Below are positions 50,229 to 64,000 of a stretch of DNA of 64,000 nt, piece by piece. The number at the start of each line of letters is the position of its first letter. Positions within the stretch are counted from its first letter, which is position 1. The stretch comes from Podarcis gaigeae (lineage: Eukaryota). Position numbers and translations under genes: made by a program. The notes under the pieces were generated by a model that saw only the letters and a list, made by a program, of their open reading frames with translations, had not been told where the DNA came from and did no database searches. Location of the stretch: the NCBI GenBank assembly GCA_964106915.2, contig OZ066914.1, one strand, 5' to 3'.

Positions 50229-53200
50229 ATGATTCCCAGAGTCTCATTCTTGCTGCTCTCAATCCTACTGGGAATTCTGGGGATTTTGTGTGTGGTGTTC
50301 ACAGTCTACTGGACCCAACACTGGCTTGGTGGCTTTGCCTGGGATGGTTCTTCTCAGATGTTTAACTGGCATCCAGTTTTCATGGTGACAGGCATGTTGG
50401 TCTTGACTGGTGCAGGTAAGTGAAAAGAGGATCTAATCCTTTTCTGATTTCCCCTCCTCCTGCCCCAGTGGCAGAACTGATATTAACATCCTATACAGTG
50501 GTATCTCAGGTTAAGAACTTAATTTGTTCTGGAGGTCCGTTTTTAGCCTGAAACTGTTCTTAACCTGAAGGACCACTTTAGCTAGTGGGGCCTCCCGCTG
50601 CCACCGCACAATTTCTGTTCTCATCCTGAAGCAAAGTTCTTAACCCAAGGTACTCTTTCTGGGTTAGCTGAGTCTGTACCCTGAAGCACCTGTAACCTGA
50701 GGTACCGCTGTATCCTTTTAAGTGTGTTTGTGAGGGGGGGTGTATTTTATTATGTATCTTGTGTTTTTATCTTGTGTTTTTTCATGCTGTGAACCACCCT
50801 GAGATCATTGGCTGAAGGCCAGTATACAAAACAAGCAAACCTGGGAATCAGTGACTTGGCTATTTTGGGGGGATGTGGGTGCCTGAGCTATCTTGGCTCT
50901 AGTGACTTCTCCCCCTCTCTCTCCTCCAGCGGTTCTAGTGTATCGTGTGCCCCTCTCTTGGTCGGGGCCCAAGCTGCCATGGAAGCTGCTGCATGCAGGA
51001 CTGACCTTGGCAGCATTCATCCTAATTGTCCTGGGACTGGTGGCTGTCTTTGAATATCACAACAAACAGGGCATTGCCAACATGTACTCCCTCCACAGCT
51101 GGCTAGGGCTTGGTGCTGTGCTGCTCTTCTCCTGTCAGGTGGGTAAGAACCTAAGAAGCTGTAGCTTGGTGGCAGAGCACATACTTTGCATCGGGTGTGG
51201 GGAACATTCACCCTCCAGATGTTGCTGAACTACACTTCTCATCATCCCTGAGTATTGGCCATGCTTGCTAGGGCAAATGGGAGTTGCTGCGCTGCAACAT
51301 CTGAGGGCCAAATATCCCCCACCCCTGCTTTATATGCAGAGGGTACTTGGTTCAGTCCCAGTCACTTTTATGTAGGGTTGGAGCAGGGGGAAACCTGTCT
51401 GAAACCACTGCTTTTAGTGTTCAGAAGGGATACACAAACTTCAGGTTTGTTGGATCTACTTTGGGTTTTTTTATTCACAAGAATCCCAAGAGCTACCAAC
51501 CAGGGCTAGGTGCAAAAGACATATTTGGAATTAAATAAGGTGGTTGCCTCCTAGCACAAGCTCCGCCCATGAAACCCAGTACTGGGAAAGTTGCCATTTA
51601 TAGATCTAACCTCCTTGAATTCATCGTAATACTTCTAAAAGCAAAGTATTTTGGCGGGCTGTCACCAGTGCTTTTTTTCTGGGGGGACACAGGTGTACGC
51701 ATATCCCTAAACATTTTGTGAATTTAATTTTGGCCTCATTGGCAGTATTTCAATATGAATAGGAAAATGAGAGTACTCCTAAACATTTTTTTTAAAAAGA
51801 AAAAAAGCACTATCTGTCACCCACATTGCATAGCAGATATACTTTTGTCTTAAATCTGCTGCCTGACACATCTTGTATTTTGTGAGAGTGAATAATTTGT
51901 TGTAGCCACCCTTTTCATAAGTATTAGGTTTCCTCCCTCTTGGGTAATCCCCCCCCACTTAATCCCTTCACCATGTGCACATGTGTTATTAAAAGTTTGT
52001 TTCCAATATTTTATTTATTTTATTTAAAAAGTTATCTGTGCAAGTGCAGTAAATATTTGAAAAAAACTAACCTAAATTGCTCACTGGTTGCTGTCTATCT
52101 CCCCGCCCCCCAAGCTCTCATAGCTAGTTTGAGATTTTAGATCATAAATATAATAAAACAAATACTTCTGCAAATCTGGATGCTGCATTACTTGTGCTCT
52201 GTCCCTGTGCAGATACCATGCTGAGCCCTTCCTCCAATATGGGTTTCTGAAAAGATCCCAATTTCTTATTTCTTCCATCCAGTGGGCCATGGGCTTTGCT
52301 TCTTTCTTGCTGCCTTGGGCTCCCACCTGGTTCCGAGCCTTGTACAAGCCTGTCCATGTTTTCTTTGGCTCTGCCATCATCCCTTTAGTTGTGGCTGCCT
52401 GCATCTCGGGCATCAATGAGAAGCTTTTCTTCAAACTGTGAGTAGCAAAACAGAGAGGGCTTGATAGTGGGAGGAGGAAATAGTCCACGCTAAAAAGACA
52501 ATGGAGAGTATGTTGCTGGTTATTTACACTGGAGAGAGGTGGCAGTCTTCTGGGGTACAGATAATGAGGGATGAAGAGGAAGCTGCTCAGCCTGGTCCGG
52601 ATCGATAGCAGTCATTATAAAGTTTGAAAGCAATGATAGCTTTTAGACCAGGAATAAGGAAGATATAGTTCAGCAACATTTCGAAGGCCACTGGTTCCCC
52701 ATCCCTGTTTTAGAAGTACAGAAGGGAAATGTGTCCACGAGGCAGTGGGGAACCTGAGAAGGCGGTTAAGCCACATGTAGCAGCAGCAGACAGGAATGCA
52801 GAGCTAGTGTCTGGAGGCTTATAAGATGTGCTCCAGCCTTGAACCCAAATGCATTACTTGGGTGTCTGGGACAGTAGAATGGCTGTTGGAGCAAAGCTAC
52901 ATATGGTGAAAGAGATTACGTGGCTTAGTATAGATTGTTGGCACTATCCAGATATTTCCTTCTTTATGGGTCTCTGGGGAGGTGTTTGTGGTGCTATTGG
53001 CTTTTCATCAAGCATTTTTGCTTTTTGTCTGTACTTTTAGAACAAACACAACCACACCCTACGCTCAGCTTCCTGCAGAGGCATGGTTTGCCAACATATT
53101 GGGGATGCTGATCCTGGTCTTTGGGCTACTGGTGCTGTTTGCCCTTGCCATGCCAATATGGAAGCGTCCAGATGTGAATTCGCAAGATACCCAAGAGGTG

Positions 53201-53243
<43 letters not shown>

Positions 53244-54560
53244 CATTGGCCTTTAAGATTTATTTATTTTACTACAACTATTTCCTGCCTATCCTTCAAG
53301 GCATCACACAAGGTTTTCTGTCTCGCCCACTACAATTTATCCTAACAACAACCCTGTGAGGCAGGTTAGGCTAAGAGGGACAGGCCAAAGTCACCCACTG
53401 AGCTACGTGGCTGAGAGGGGATTTGAATCTGGATCTTCTTGGTTCTAGTGCAGCACTCTAGTCACTATACCATACTGGCTCGAACCCACCGATGTATTGT
53501 GGCTTGTAATTCATGTCTGTTGAGTTTAAATGGTAGGGTGTACTATCTTGGACAAAGTAGCGGAGGGATGGGGGAAGAATTTTTCAGAAAATGAAACTCT
53601 TGTTCAACTGTTGTTAGGATGAGAGCAGTGTATTTTCGCTGTGTAGAAACAAGAGTTTCAAGTAAATTTGGAGCATCCCATGTTTACATGTTTTTTTTTT
53701 CTGTCATCCACATGATTTTATCTTCCTTCAAGTAGAAACTTGCACCACCTCCCAATAATTCAGATTTATTTGATACACAGATAATGCAGTAAGGGGGGGA
53801 AATCCAACATAAAACCACATGCTACCCAAATATGAATGTACTAAAGCACATTATGTGGGTGACACCCATATACATACGTGTGTGGTGATGTTTTGCTGGC
53901 TGTAATGTTTTCATTATCACCTCTACTTCTGATGACAAGGCAGTTCTCAATGGGCTTCTGGTGGGGCTGAGTATGACCTCATATATGCTTCCCCCCTTTC
54001 TTTTTAAAAAAAATTAATCTGCTGTTTTCTGCAAATCTGGTATATCAGAAAACTTGTATCTATATTTCTTTTAATGTCTGTGCACACAAGTAAGCAAATA
54101 CCTGTGCAAAAATGTTCATTGCATACCACCCTAATGAATGAAAGAACTGAACAGTGGGGTGTGTTTTTGAGATTTCATTTTCGGTTAATAATAAGATATG
54201 TTTCTTGTGGATTAATTATTAGTCTGGCTGGCTTCCAACCATTCTCTGTCCTCTTCCCCCACAGCCTCCATGGGTTTATATTGCAGAACATTTGTTTTGA
54301 CAACACAGACATAGAATGACAGATGTGTATAGTAGTGGAACTTATCCCTGGCAAAAGGAGCAACAGTATGGGAGCTAAATCCTAGAAACCTGGTCTGAAT
54401 TTTCTCAGCAAGAGGGCTAGACTGAACATCATAAGCAATAGACAATATGTTCTGAGAGAGTTTAATATCTGAGAATGGGATAGAAAGCTTATGGAATCAA
54501 CCTTTATTATTTACTTCTGGTGTTCTTTTTCTACAGCCCTTGCTACAGGAGGATAAATGA
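50229..54560 (+). CDS. CYB561A3: Lysosomal cytochrome b561 family member A3 (ascorbate-dependent ferrireductase), 243 aa
   Basis: Exons 50229..50415 (FNWHPVFMVTG), 50930..51138 (WKLLHAGL...MYSLHSWLG), 52283..52437 (YKPVHVFFG...SGINEKLFF), 53041..53197 (WKRP) and 54537..54560 (PLLQEDK*). Four heme-ligand His motifs are present; total 732 nt; synteny between TMEM138 and TKFC. Confidence 0.95.
50496..50710. mobile_element. Tc1/mariner-pogo-type MITE (copy 2, same family as 41425..41666)
   Basis: Same internal sequence (TTTCTGTTCTCATCCTGAAGCAAAGTTCTTAACC) and TIRs, with TA flanks. Confidence 0.85.
51666..51812. mobile_element. hAT-like MITE
   Basis: TIR CAGTGCTTTTTTT...AAAAAAAGCACTA with 8-bp flanks GCTGTCAC / TCTGTCAC (1 mismatch). 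Confidence 0.7.
53202..53243. repeat. (TTA)n microsatellite next to a CYB561A3 splice donor
   Basis: Read directly; it produces the poly-Leu and poly-Ile ORF artefacts in the ORF track. Confidence 0.95.
53290..53481 (-). mobile_element. Decayed tRNA/CORE-type SINE (related to 63497..63733)
   Basis: Shares CAACAA.CCTGTGAGG, GTCACCCA and CACTA.ACCATACTGGCTC with the 63.5-kb copy. Confidence 0.6.
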
Positions 54561-56233
54561 AGCAGCAAACAGGAAGGATTGTGATCCAGACCTGTGTGGT
54601 GGTCTGTTCTCCACTGAGATCTTCAGCCATTCTTGCTTCTGTTTTCAGTGCAAGAGTTGAAACTTTAATTGTGGCACTGAACTGTCTGGCCTTCTGGGTA
54701 CTTTATTAATTCCCCCCACCCCACCCCCGGCTTGCTCTTGCTGAGTTGTTGAGCTGCTGGAAATCCAGGTATCTTTGAACAATTCATTTCTTAGTTGCTA
54801 TTGTGCCTTTATGACAAGTTCCCAGATTTTTGTACTTCATGGACTTATTAGAAACCTAAATTATCAGATGAAATAAACAATTCCTTCTAATGGTTTTACT
54901 GTTGGATTTGCAAGTGCTTCCACACTAGGTGTTTAGCGTGGAATTGTCATGCTTCAGGCATTCACTTCTGAATAGAGCATCCATACAGTGCTGACATCCA
55001 TGTATTGTCCTCCTGTGTTTCCCTGTGACTCTTGTCAGGTATTTGTTTAAGAACAGAAAAACAGCACAATTCTGAAGTTGTCTGCGGCCTTAGCATTACT
55101 CATCCATCTTCTTAAAGGGATGGAGTTTCAATGAGTGTGTCCGGATGAGGGTCTCCTACTGCTATCAATCATGACTCTCCCATTATAAGCAGAATTGCAA
55201 CTGATTATCCACCTGCCTCTGGTGCTTTGATACAGTGTCTGCATCTCATTATATTTTGTCCACATGGTGGGCATGACATAACTGTATGGACAAGATTATA
55301 TCCTTCTGTTTCTTCATCTGTTGGTTGGCTGTCACACGTCTCCTTTTCTTTACATTTTGAAGCGGGAGCTTCTTAGCACCATTTTAACCCCCTGCTTTGT
55401 GTGCCCTCCTGTGTGAATGTGTTTACACAATTAGCACTATTGCAAAAAACTTAAGAAGTAAAAAAGAGTGCTTGCAGCTTACTTCCAAGTAAACATCATT
55501 AGAGATCAGGCTCTAAATCCCGTGGATTTCACTTGAGAATGACTAATCTCTACTTCAGTCAATTTTACAACCAGATCTAATTGGACAATCCAGTGTAGCC
55601 AGTTCAACAACCCAGCTAGAAAGCATGCTAAATCGATTCCCCGCCCCCTTGCTTATTGGTTAAATGTTTTTAATAGTGTCTGCAGCACAGGGGCTGGAGG
55701 ATTGTGGCTCTGCAGAATTACTGCTGAAACCTACACCTTGGTACTTGGAAGTTAGCACTATCTTAATGCAGCTTACTAATAAAATAGCTAACTGAAGTGT
55801 GTAGGTTGAAGAAACCTCATTCTAGGGAACAAATTATTAAGACTGAAAGCTGGTAGAAAGGAGTTGGGGTGTAGGACATGAAATGATTTTTAAACCAGAA
55901 GTACATGGCAGGCCTTAGAGAAAGGAGAAGTCATCTCCAACATGTCAGCAACCTTCCTCAGGGAAAACAACTCCCAGACTTTTCCTGTGCACAACTGAAA
56001 GGAGATTGTTGTGCACTTCTGCTCTTTCCCTCTTTAACAGTAAGAAAAAAGGTGGAAGAAGCAACGGGGAAGCATGGGATGATTATACTTGGCGTACATC
56101 CAGATGCCCTGTAAAACTGCATGGTGGAGGCATACCAAATACACATTAAAAGCTTCAGAGAAGGCATAATGAACACATATACTGAAAGCCTCTTAGGGAA
56201 GCAGCCAGTGTGTGCCATGATCTATAAGCAAGG

Positions 56234-56271
<38 letters not shown>

Positions 56272-56869
56272 AACAACATTTTATTTATATCCCGCCCTCC
56301 CCAGCCGAAGCTGGGCTCAGAGTGGCTAACAACAATATTGCCATTCAATATACCATTGTTATGTACAATTATGTACCATTGTCTTGCTCTGCTTTCCTTT
56401 GGACCCCATCAGCCAGGCCAAGAGGGGGGTCTTGTCGTCTAGGCAGCCCAGGACCTCCAGTCACACTGCCCAGGCTTGTGCCCTGAGGAGGTCACTTTGG
56501 TGCTGCTGACGCAGTGGTTTGACCTCACCCCCACTCCATTGCCTCTTGAGACAGCTGGATGCCCAGAAGAACAAGAAGATTATACGAATATGGACCCACT
56601 CTATTCTTGTTTTTCTTATTAAGTTAAAACTGTTTCTAATGTTGTATTTCAGAGTGTGCCTTGCCATGAGGTCTCTTGTGCTCGGATCCTGCTTAGGGGT
56701 TTCCCACAACAGGCATCTGCTTGGCTCCTGTGCAAACAGGATGCTGGATTAGGTGGGCCATGGGCCTCATTCAACAGCAGTCTCTTCTTGAGTAACCTGC
56801 CTCTCTCCTTGGGCACCTCCCCTTTGCCTTTGCTTTATACAGCCTGAAATTTTGTATTTTAGTGTTCTG

Positions 56870-56926
56870 TTGGAAACCGCCCAGAGTGGCTGGGAAAACC
56901 CAGCCAGATGGGCGGGGTATAAATAA

Positions 56927-56975
<49 letters not shown>
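56870..56975 (+). mobile_element. LINE 3' end with expanded (ATT)n tail
   Basis: Same 3' terminus as 42570..42646. Confidence 0.65.
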
Positions 56976-56976
<1 letters not shown>

Positions 56977-57572
56977 CTTTCTAGTTGGAGTCATTCTATC
57001 AACCCCATTCATTTTTTCCCCACTCATTGTTAGATTAGCTCTATAGTTTATTTTGTTGGTAGACACACATACACAGCACATATATTTCTACCATAGGACT
57101 CTGGTACACCGTGGTGACTGGTAGGATAGAAAGTTAAAGATAGAACCAGAGACACCCTCCTCTCTGCTGAGTTGTACAAGCAATACTGAGACTAAGGCAG
57201 CCAGGACCAATCCCTGGTCTGGATGCTAAAGTAGGATGGCAGGCATTTGGGGGCTGACTGGGGGCAGACTGGGACTGGTGGGGCAGTGCCCTGATTCATA
57301 CCTCCACTGGTGCTACACAAAGGGTTATGCCTTCCTTTTTTCGTTGTTGCAGCTACCACCTAGTAAGAGTTCCTTAATACATCTGGGTCATCTGTCAAAG
57401 CGAGGGACACTTTGGCCTTGCTCTCACATGGGGCTACTTATTGGTGATTCTACATTGCTGGCAGCCAATGCATAATATGTATTGGGATGCCGTGTCTAGT
57501 CTGCAGAATGCACACCGCTTTTTCAAGATGTCATGCATTTTTGTTTTTATTATATCCTCCTAAATACTTCCT

Positions 57573-57880
57573 GTAAAGTAAAGGTAAAGGGACCCCTGAC
57601 CATTAGGTCCAGTCACGGACAACTCTGGGGTTGCGGCGCTCATCTCGCTTTACTGGCCAAGGGAGCTGGCATACATCTTCCGGGTCATGTGGCCAGCATG
57701 ACTAAGCCACTTCTGGCGAACCAGAACAGCACACGGAAACACCGTTTACCTTCCCATCGGAGCGGCACCTATTTATCTACTTGCACTTCATGCTTTCAAA
57801 CTGCTAGATTGGCAGGAGCAGGGACCGAGCAATGGGAGCTCACCCTGTCGCGGGGATTCGAACTGCCGACCTTCTGATCA
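57573..57880 (-). mobile_element. Sauria-type SINE, 5'-truncated
   Basis: Reverse complement of the 29.7-kb SINE; the ORF track shows near-identical peptides (KVKGPLTIRSSH...) from both copies. Confidence 0.88.
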
Positions 57881-60800
57881 GTGATCTGCTTACTTTTCCA
57901 GTAACAAATGAACATAACCTTCTTTTGGGGAGGGGAGCCATTCCCCCCCCCCATGGCAACATAGAATATATAGAGGTACAAATTAGAAAGTGATATGCAG
58001 GACTATGTTTTAATTATTCTAGAACTATGTTTTACCACATCCCTTTTTCCAGCATTCTTACTAAACAGCTCATCTTCAACTAGCCTGACATAAGCTGACA
58101 AGTCATTATTTAAATTTTTATATAGAGATTTTGATCCTGCCATTCTAGTAACTAGGTATGAGATTAGCTCTCCTAGTTCAAGGCCAAGCATTTATATGAT
58201 ACTTGTGACTTCTCTCTCTGATATATATATCTTGTTTTGCTGAGTCACCTCATCTATCATTTTTGGAACTATAAACTATGTACTATAATGTCAGTAGTGT
58301 TTGAGGGTGCTTATGAAAGACAGATTGCTTTCTCCACGGTTAACCACATAAAGATTCCCCCCCATACCGAAACAAGCAGTGGGAAATGGTCTCTTCCTGG
58401 CTGAGAACTATTTCTTGGCATGAAGCTAAATTTGCACTTGAATAACACTTATTGATATCACCTGATTCAGAGCACTGGTTTCTGGCTTAGTTATTCCTAG
58501 CATGTAGTGCCCGCTGTTTTTTTGTAGACTTCAGTCTGTTAGAACTGGTAAAAGGCCATCACAGTCTAATATACACTGATTGGTTAAATAATTATCCCCA
58601 CCACCCCAGACCCACCCATAAACACACATAATACTCTTTCAGTCATCAACAGCTCCTCCTAAGTCTCATTCTTGCCACCTTTCTAAAACAAGCAATGATT
58701 TCTTCTTCTCTTGGTTTCAAATGTGTTTCAGAACTTTTGTACATGCTGCCCCTATATATGAAGCTTATAGCATACAGTAGAGAATGCTGCTGCTATCTTC
58801 AGGGGGAATTGAAAACTAGGTTTGTGCAATTAAAGTTAATTTGATACAGCATGACCACAAACCTTTCCACCCCCAATCATACTTTTGTGGTAATGAAAGT
58901 AATAGGGGAAAGCACTGGAAAGGGTGGGATAACACAAGCTTGATGCATTGTGCAAAGAAATTGAATGTTCAATACGCAGGTCGTCTGGAGGCAACCTTGG
59001 CTAGGTAAGGGTTGGGGCATGCCTAGACAAAAAGAAAGGGAGGGGGAGCAGAGTACTCAGTCTCTTGTCTAAAACTGTTGTTTGGCATTTTTACCTTAAA
59101 AGTACTAATAGCACTTCTGCAGTGTTGCTATTTTGTGGGCGGGATTGTGCGAGAGCACCAAATTCACTTTTAATGTTTACTATATTTTGTACATTGCCGT
59201 ATATATCAACATGCTTCCACCCCAAGTTGGAATTTTTGTGGCAAGAAAAGGAGGAAATGTCCTACAACGTAACACTTGCTTGAGCAACATAGTATAGCCT
59301 CCTGGCAGACAAATGCTCAGGAACAGTGGATATCATGTAACCTCCCTGCAAACTTTGTACAGAAAGATGTGGGTGAATGCTCCATAAAAAGGTGATCTGG
59401 AAGCGACCTGAGAGCAGTATATTGTCTTTCAGTGCAATCCTAACCATGTCTACAGAACAATAAATCCTATAGATCTGAACAGGGATTACTCCTAGGTAAG
59501 CAGGGTTAGGATTGAAGCCTTAATGTTGTTTAGAAAGTTCCATACAGTGATCTGCTTCTTGACAAATGTTCTTTGCAAATGTAGTGATTAGCTCCTTAGT
59601 ATAATTCTAACACCATTTCTCCTTGCCTAGAGAAGCCATTCAATATCAGGTAAGCTTTCTATGAAGAAATTGGCTGAGTTGCATTATTCCAGTATTTGTC
59701 AACTAGATATTAAGCCACTGTTCCCCCTTTGGAGATACAACAGGAAACAGAAGTATAAATTTATCAGGACTGTTGCACACATGGAAGCAATTTAGCAAGC
59801 TAAGAATGAACGTTTGAAAAGGTCCAATATTTCTAAGGCCTGAATATTTCTGTTTTCCTACTTGGGTATATATGTGTGTACATATCATTCTCCTTAGTTA
59901 CTGCCACTAGTACAAACCTGGTTTATTGAGGACAGTGATTAGCCCAAGTCAAATATGAGCTTATCTATTCCCATGAAACAGTTTTGTCTACAAAATGTAG
60001 TTTCAAAGGAGCATCCTCTTTGTATAGAGGGCTAGGGAACCTCAGGGCCAGGAGCCAAATGGAAGCATCTCCCTTGGCCATGTCTCATCACCAGCCTTGA
60101 TCCATGCTCTCCCTGAGTGCTTTTCCTAGCTGGAGTGTGTCCTTGAACTAAGATAATGCTGTCTCTTGTTTACCTGGATGGAGAGGGTGTATGCGTAGAA
60201 ACCTCTGACAATTGTGTGTCCATAATGTAAACAAAATGTGTCCAAAATCCATTGCTCTGCATACTTTTGCCTCTAGCCCCACCCACCATTAACATACTAA
60301 CATAAGAAAAGCCTGCTGGATCAGACTAAAGACCCATCTAGTTCAGTGCTGTGGACCTGGGAACAGCCATACTTTCCAGCTTGTGATCCCCAGCCCCTGC
60401 TATTCAGAGGCACTAACTCTGATACCGGAGGTATTATGGTCATCATGACTAGTAGCCATGGATTATCTTATCCTCCACAGATTTATCTAAATCACAGCTT
60501 TCTTCTGTTATGAAAAAAGCCCACCCTGGCTTCATCAGCAGGGTGGTGTCTAGAAACCTCAGTCAGCATAGCTGAGTAACAGATGTATAAACTTCTTGTT
60601 TTGTTAAATGTAATCAATGCATGGCTTTAATCAAAGATCTTCAGGAACAGCTCCTAAGTGGGGAGGTACTGCTGCAAAAATTATGAAGCAGCTGAGTGAC
60701 AACACAAGCAACTCCAAAGATAGGACTCTTTATTACAGCCAAATTTCATAAAGTACAAAGTAATGATCTCAAAACTACGAATATAAAGCATAAACCTGTA

Positions 60801-61429
60801 CTTATGCATGGGGTTACAGAAACACCAGATACTATTCACTGCAAGGATGCTCTTGAGCCTGAAGTATTAGAAGCAAGGTACTATAAGAACATCATGTTGC
60901 CATTCTGAAGCTACTTCGATTCAATGGAGAGCCCTGCACAGGAGAGGAATGGTGATACAACATTTTAGCAAGTCTTGAATTATGAGCTGAATCAAAGGAA
61001 GGAGGTATCACTGCACCCAGGACCCCTCCCAACCAGCTTTTGCCAGTCAGGATGGGCAGTCAAGAGCAAGAAGCTGGTCACATCATTGTAAGAGTTCTGT
61101 CCACATCATCAGGCCATATAAATTGAAATTGACCCCACAGAGTACTGCAATGGGCACCTCAACTAGAGTTGCAGTAACAGTGACATCCAAGGCACTACAG
61201 AGCTGCGTGATTTTATCCCCAAAGCATTGTGCAAATGGCTCACAGCATGCTGCCAACTTCTGGTACAACCATACTCTGGAACATTCAAAACAATTCTGCT
61301 GCATGGCTCTTCGAGGATACAATAGAGGCAGCAGAATAATCTCCCAGCCTGCTTCACTACAACTTAGGTCCAGGGTACCTCAGGATCACCTTAACCTTTT
61401 CATTGCTATTAGCTCTGAACGTTTTCAAT

Positions 61430-61800
61430 TGCTCTGAGACGCAGCAGGAGTGTTGTTCCCTGAGTTGGTGAGGCTCATTTGACAACAATGAGAAACCAAA
61501 CCTTTAGTGTCATTGGCCCAGTCCTTTGGAATACTCTGCCAAGGGAGTTTCAGCAGGCACCTTCTGTGCCATCTTCTAAATGCCTGCTGAAAACCTTTTT
61601 ATTTCACCAGGCTTATGCAGACAATTAAGAGTTCATCCTCCACCATGGTTTATTTATGCTTGTTTTTAACTTCTTTTTCTTTTAAATTAGTTTTTATATT
61701 TGCTTTTTAAATGTAGTTTTTATCTTTTAAATGTTGTAAATTGCTTTGATATGTTTTGGGATTTAGTGGTATATACTTTTATAAATATATACAATAAATT
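61430..61800 (+). mobile_element. L2-type LINE 3' fragment in the TKFC 3' UTR
   Basis: CCTTTAGTGTCATTGGCCCAGTCCTTTGGAATACTCTGCC...CTGAAAACCTTTTTATT followed by a T-rich tail, typical of the L2 ORF2 end and 3' UTR. Confidence 0.55.
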
Positions 61801-61813
61801 AATCACCACTAAA

Positions 61814-63966
61814 TTAAATTGTTTTAACCTGCAATCCTTCCATCACTGCACGAAGAATAGCTGCAGCTGCTACAGCCCCAGGGTCTGGTCGATTTAGGCG
61901 GGATGAGCCAATGTAACTGGCCCTGCCTGCAGCTGCTTCCATATGTTTTGTAGACTCAGCAGCCGCCTCTGCCTCCTGCAGAAAAAAGCAATACATTATA
62001 AGAGGAGAAACAGATACCTATGTACTCACCATTTGCAAGGAATTAAGAGTAGATAGATACCACCAAAAGCTTTCATATGCTTCTAAATTTGAAACCATAA
62101 GCCCTCATCTGGACACTAGTCCTCCCCATTTCTGTTGTGATGTGATGCCTTTTAGTCCTAATGCTGCAAACAAACCACTTTAGGATTTTGCCTAATGATT
62201 TTAAGTGTTTGGTAATTTTTCAGATTGCAGATGGACTATTAGTGAAATTGATACTGTGTGCCTGATAATAAGACTTATGCTGATTAGACAATATGAGAAT
62301 ACACAGAACTACAGATATGGGACATATACTACATATCTATAACCTGAGAAAACTTGCTTATAGTTCCCTGCTCTCATCTTCCTAAATGATACAAAAGGGT
62401 GTTATTGTTTTTTTACACTTTGGGTTGTAGGTACATTAACATACTTACTTCTACAGCTTTGGTCAGAACCTTCAGTGGATTAGTCTGTGGGTTCTTCAGA
62501 GCTCTGAGCTGCTCAGCAGCAGCACAGAGTGAATCCAGCTAGCAAAGAGACAAAGAATAATTAAGAGGACAATAGCTCTATCAGGGCTAGTTATGGACAG
62601 CCATTATCTTGACAGGGATAGTCTCCTATCTGAACCTTGAACACCTGGAAATGTTTGCTGAAACTGAATGTTATGGGAAATATTCCATACATTCTGGACA
62701 AGGCAAGTTAATGTTGGTAACTACTGTTTAGATAAATTGTGCTAACTAACACTACACTAATTTGCTAGTGTCAAGTGTCTGGCATGTGCAGATGTGTGAA
62801 GCATTCTAAAGTAACCATAATTAAGACTGTAACTCATGACTGCTAAGCAAAGCCAAAAAATAAGTGGTGTCACTTTTGCCTTGAGCTAGCTCCATGGCAG
62901 AAGAAGAAATTTCAGGTGCTTCTCCTGATTTCTTTCCCTTCTCATTCTGCTCTTATCACAATATGGGATAGCATGACACTGCTCATACCTTCCTGAATTT
63001 TGTGTTTTTTGCATTCATGGTATCCCATCTGCACCATGTCTGAGAGTATCTATTTTCTTCGAGCACAGACCCTCCCTTTCTCCATACTTCACATCAAAGC
63101 AAAAGTAACAACCTTCCATGGCTGTCCCTTAAAATACAATGACTCAGGTGTGTCCTTCTATGCCAAATCACAAGTGAGGCAGCATGGCAGTGGAGCAACC
63201 CTCAGAAGTGTTATAACACCCCAGAAACAAACTGTCTCCAAAAATTCAAAGTCATACCTTTGGAATTTTTGCATCTATGCTGGTATTAACAGTAAATCTG
63301 AATTAACAAGGCAACAACTCAAGCATGGCATTGTGCAGATATCCCCTAAAATTAGTTCCTGGGACACTGCAGATATGCAGCAAATAGCTGGAATGGAAGG
63401 GGCCTTAATGAAGGACAGTGCTAGGGCATATTACTCACCATAGTTCTGTCTCCAGGTGCAGCTCCTCCATACCTGTCAGATGAATACAGTTAGTAGAGTT
63501 TGGATTTGATATCCCGCCTTTCACTCCCTTTAAGGAGTCTCAAAGCGGCTAACATTCTCCTTTCCCTTCCTCCCCCACAACAAACACTCTGTGAGGTGAG
63601 TGGGGCTGAGAGACTTCAAAGAAGTGTGACTGGCCCAGGGTCACCCAGCAGCTGCATGTGGAGGAGCGGAGACACGAACCCGGTTCCCCAGATTACGAGA
63701 CTACCGCTCTTAACCACTACACCATACTGGCTCTAGTAGTGTAGATTCCACATGTGCATCCCTCCCACTGTAGAGACAGTCTCACTCATATAGCAAGGAT
63801 GGAAGTAGCAAGGGTACACATGTATAATTACTCTGCTATAGTCATGTAAGGGTCACACTCACCGCATCATGGCATCAATACCAGCATCCACAGCCGCTGA
63901 CCAAGTTGCCAATTCATCATCAGTCCGTAGGGGCTGAGCAGCTGCTGTTAGAAACAGTCCATAGAG
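61814..63966 (-). CDS. TKFC: Triokinase/FMN cyclase (DAK), last four coding exons (DAK2 domain); gene continues beyond the window end
   Basis: Exons 63863..63966 ([13 protein letters not shown]...), 63439..63472 ([11 protein letters not shown]), 62449..62538 ([11 protein letters not shown]...LTKAVE) and 61814..61975 ([22 protein letters not shown]...[15 protein letters not shown]...*). All introns GT-AG. Confidence 0.96.
63497..63733 (-). mobile_element. tRNA-derived CORE-type SINE (Squam3-like) in a TKFC intron
   Basis: The minus strand begins GAGCCAGTATGGTGTAGTGGTTAAGAGCGG (A box) ... GGGTTCGTGTCTCC (B box); about 240 bp long. Confidence 0.7.
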
Positions 63967-64000
63967 CTGTAAGAAAACAAAGTGGTTTCATCTCTGATAA

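Noticed and set aside
1-64000. CRISPR arrays, operons or prokaryotic defence systems
   Set aside because: The sequence is spliced vertebrate DNA; the only regular repeats are microsatellites and transposon-internal units.

Overview
Vertebrate genomic DNA. The Sauria-type SINEs and other squamate repeats point to a lizard, probably a lacertid (inference). The window carries the conserved block found at human 11q12.2: SDHAF2 (-, first two coding exons) head-to-head with CPSF7 (+, complete, 460 aa), then TMEM216 (-, 141 aa), TMEM138 (-, 162 aa), CYB561A3 (+, 243 aa) and the last four exons of TKFC/DAK (-). The main surprise is an extra gene between CPSF7 and TMEM216, where I know of no human gene: an intact 7-exon, 494-aa fascin-family gene (24342..32328, +). 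All six introns are GT-AG and phase-compatible, and it has a Kozak ATG and a poly(A) signal. It is divergent, lies outside the known FSCN1/2/3 neighbourhoods, has a different intron layout from FSCN1 and lacks both regulatory serines (S39->Q, S274->C by eye alignment). It is a candidate unrecognised fascin paralog, or a relocated divergent FSCN3. Secondary points: a very compact TMEM138-TMEM216 module with RFX X-boxes in matching positions, X-box-embedded uATGs, a palindromic bidirectional poly(A) signal and a CLEAR element upstream of CYB561A3. All calls come from reading the sequence by eye and from remembered protein sequences; no searches were run.
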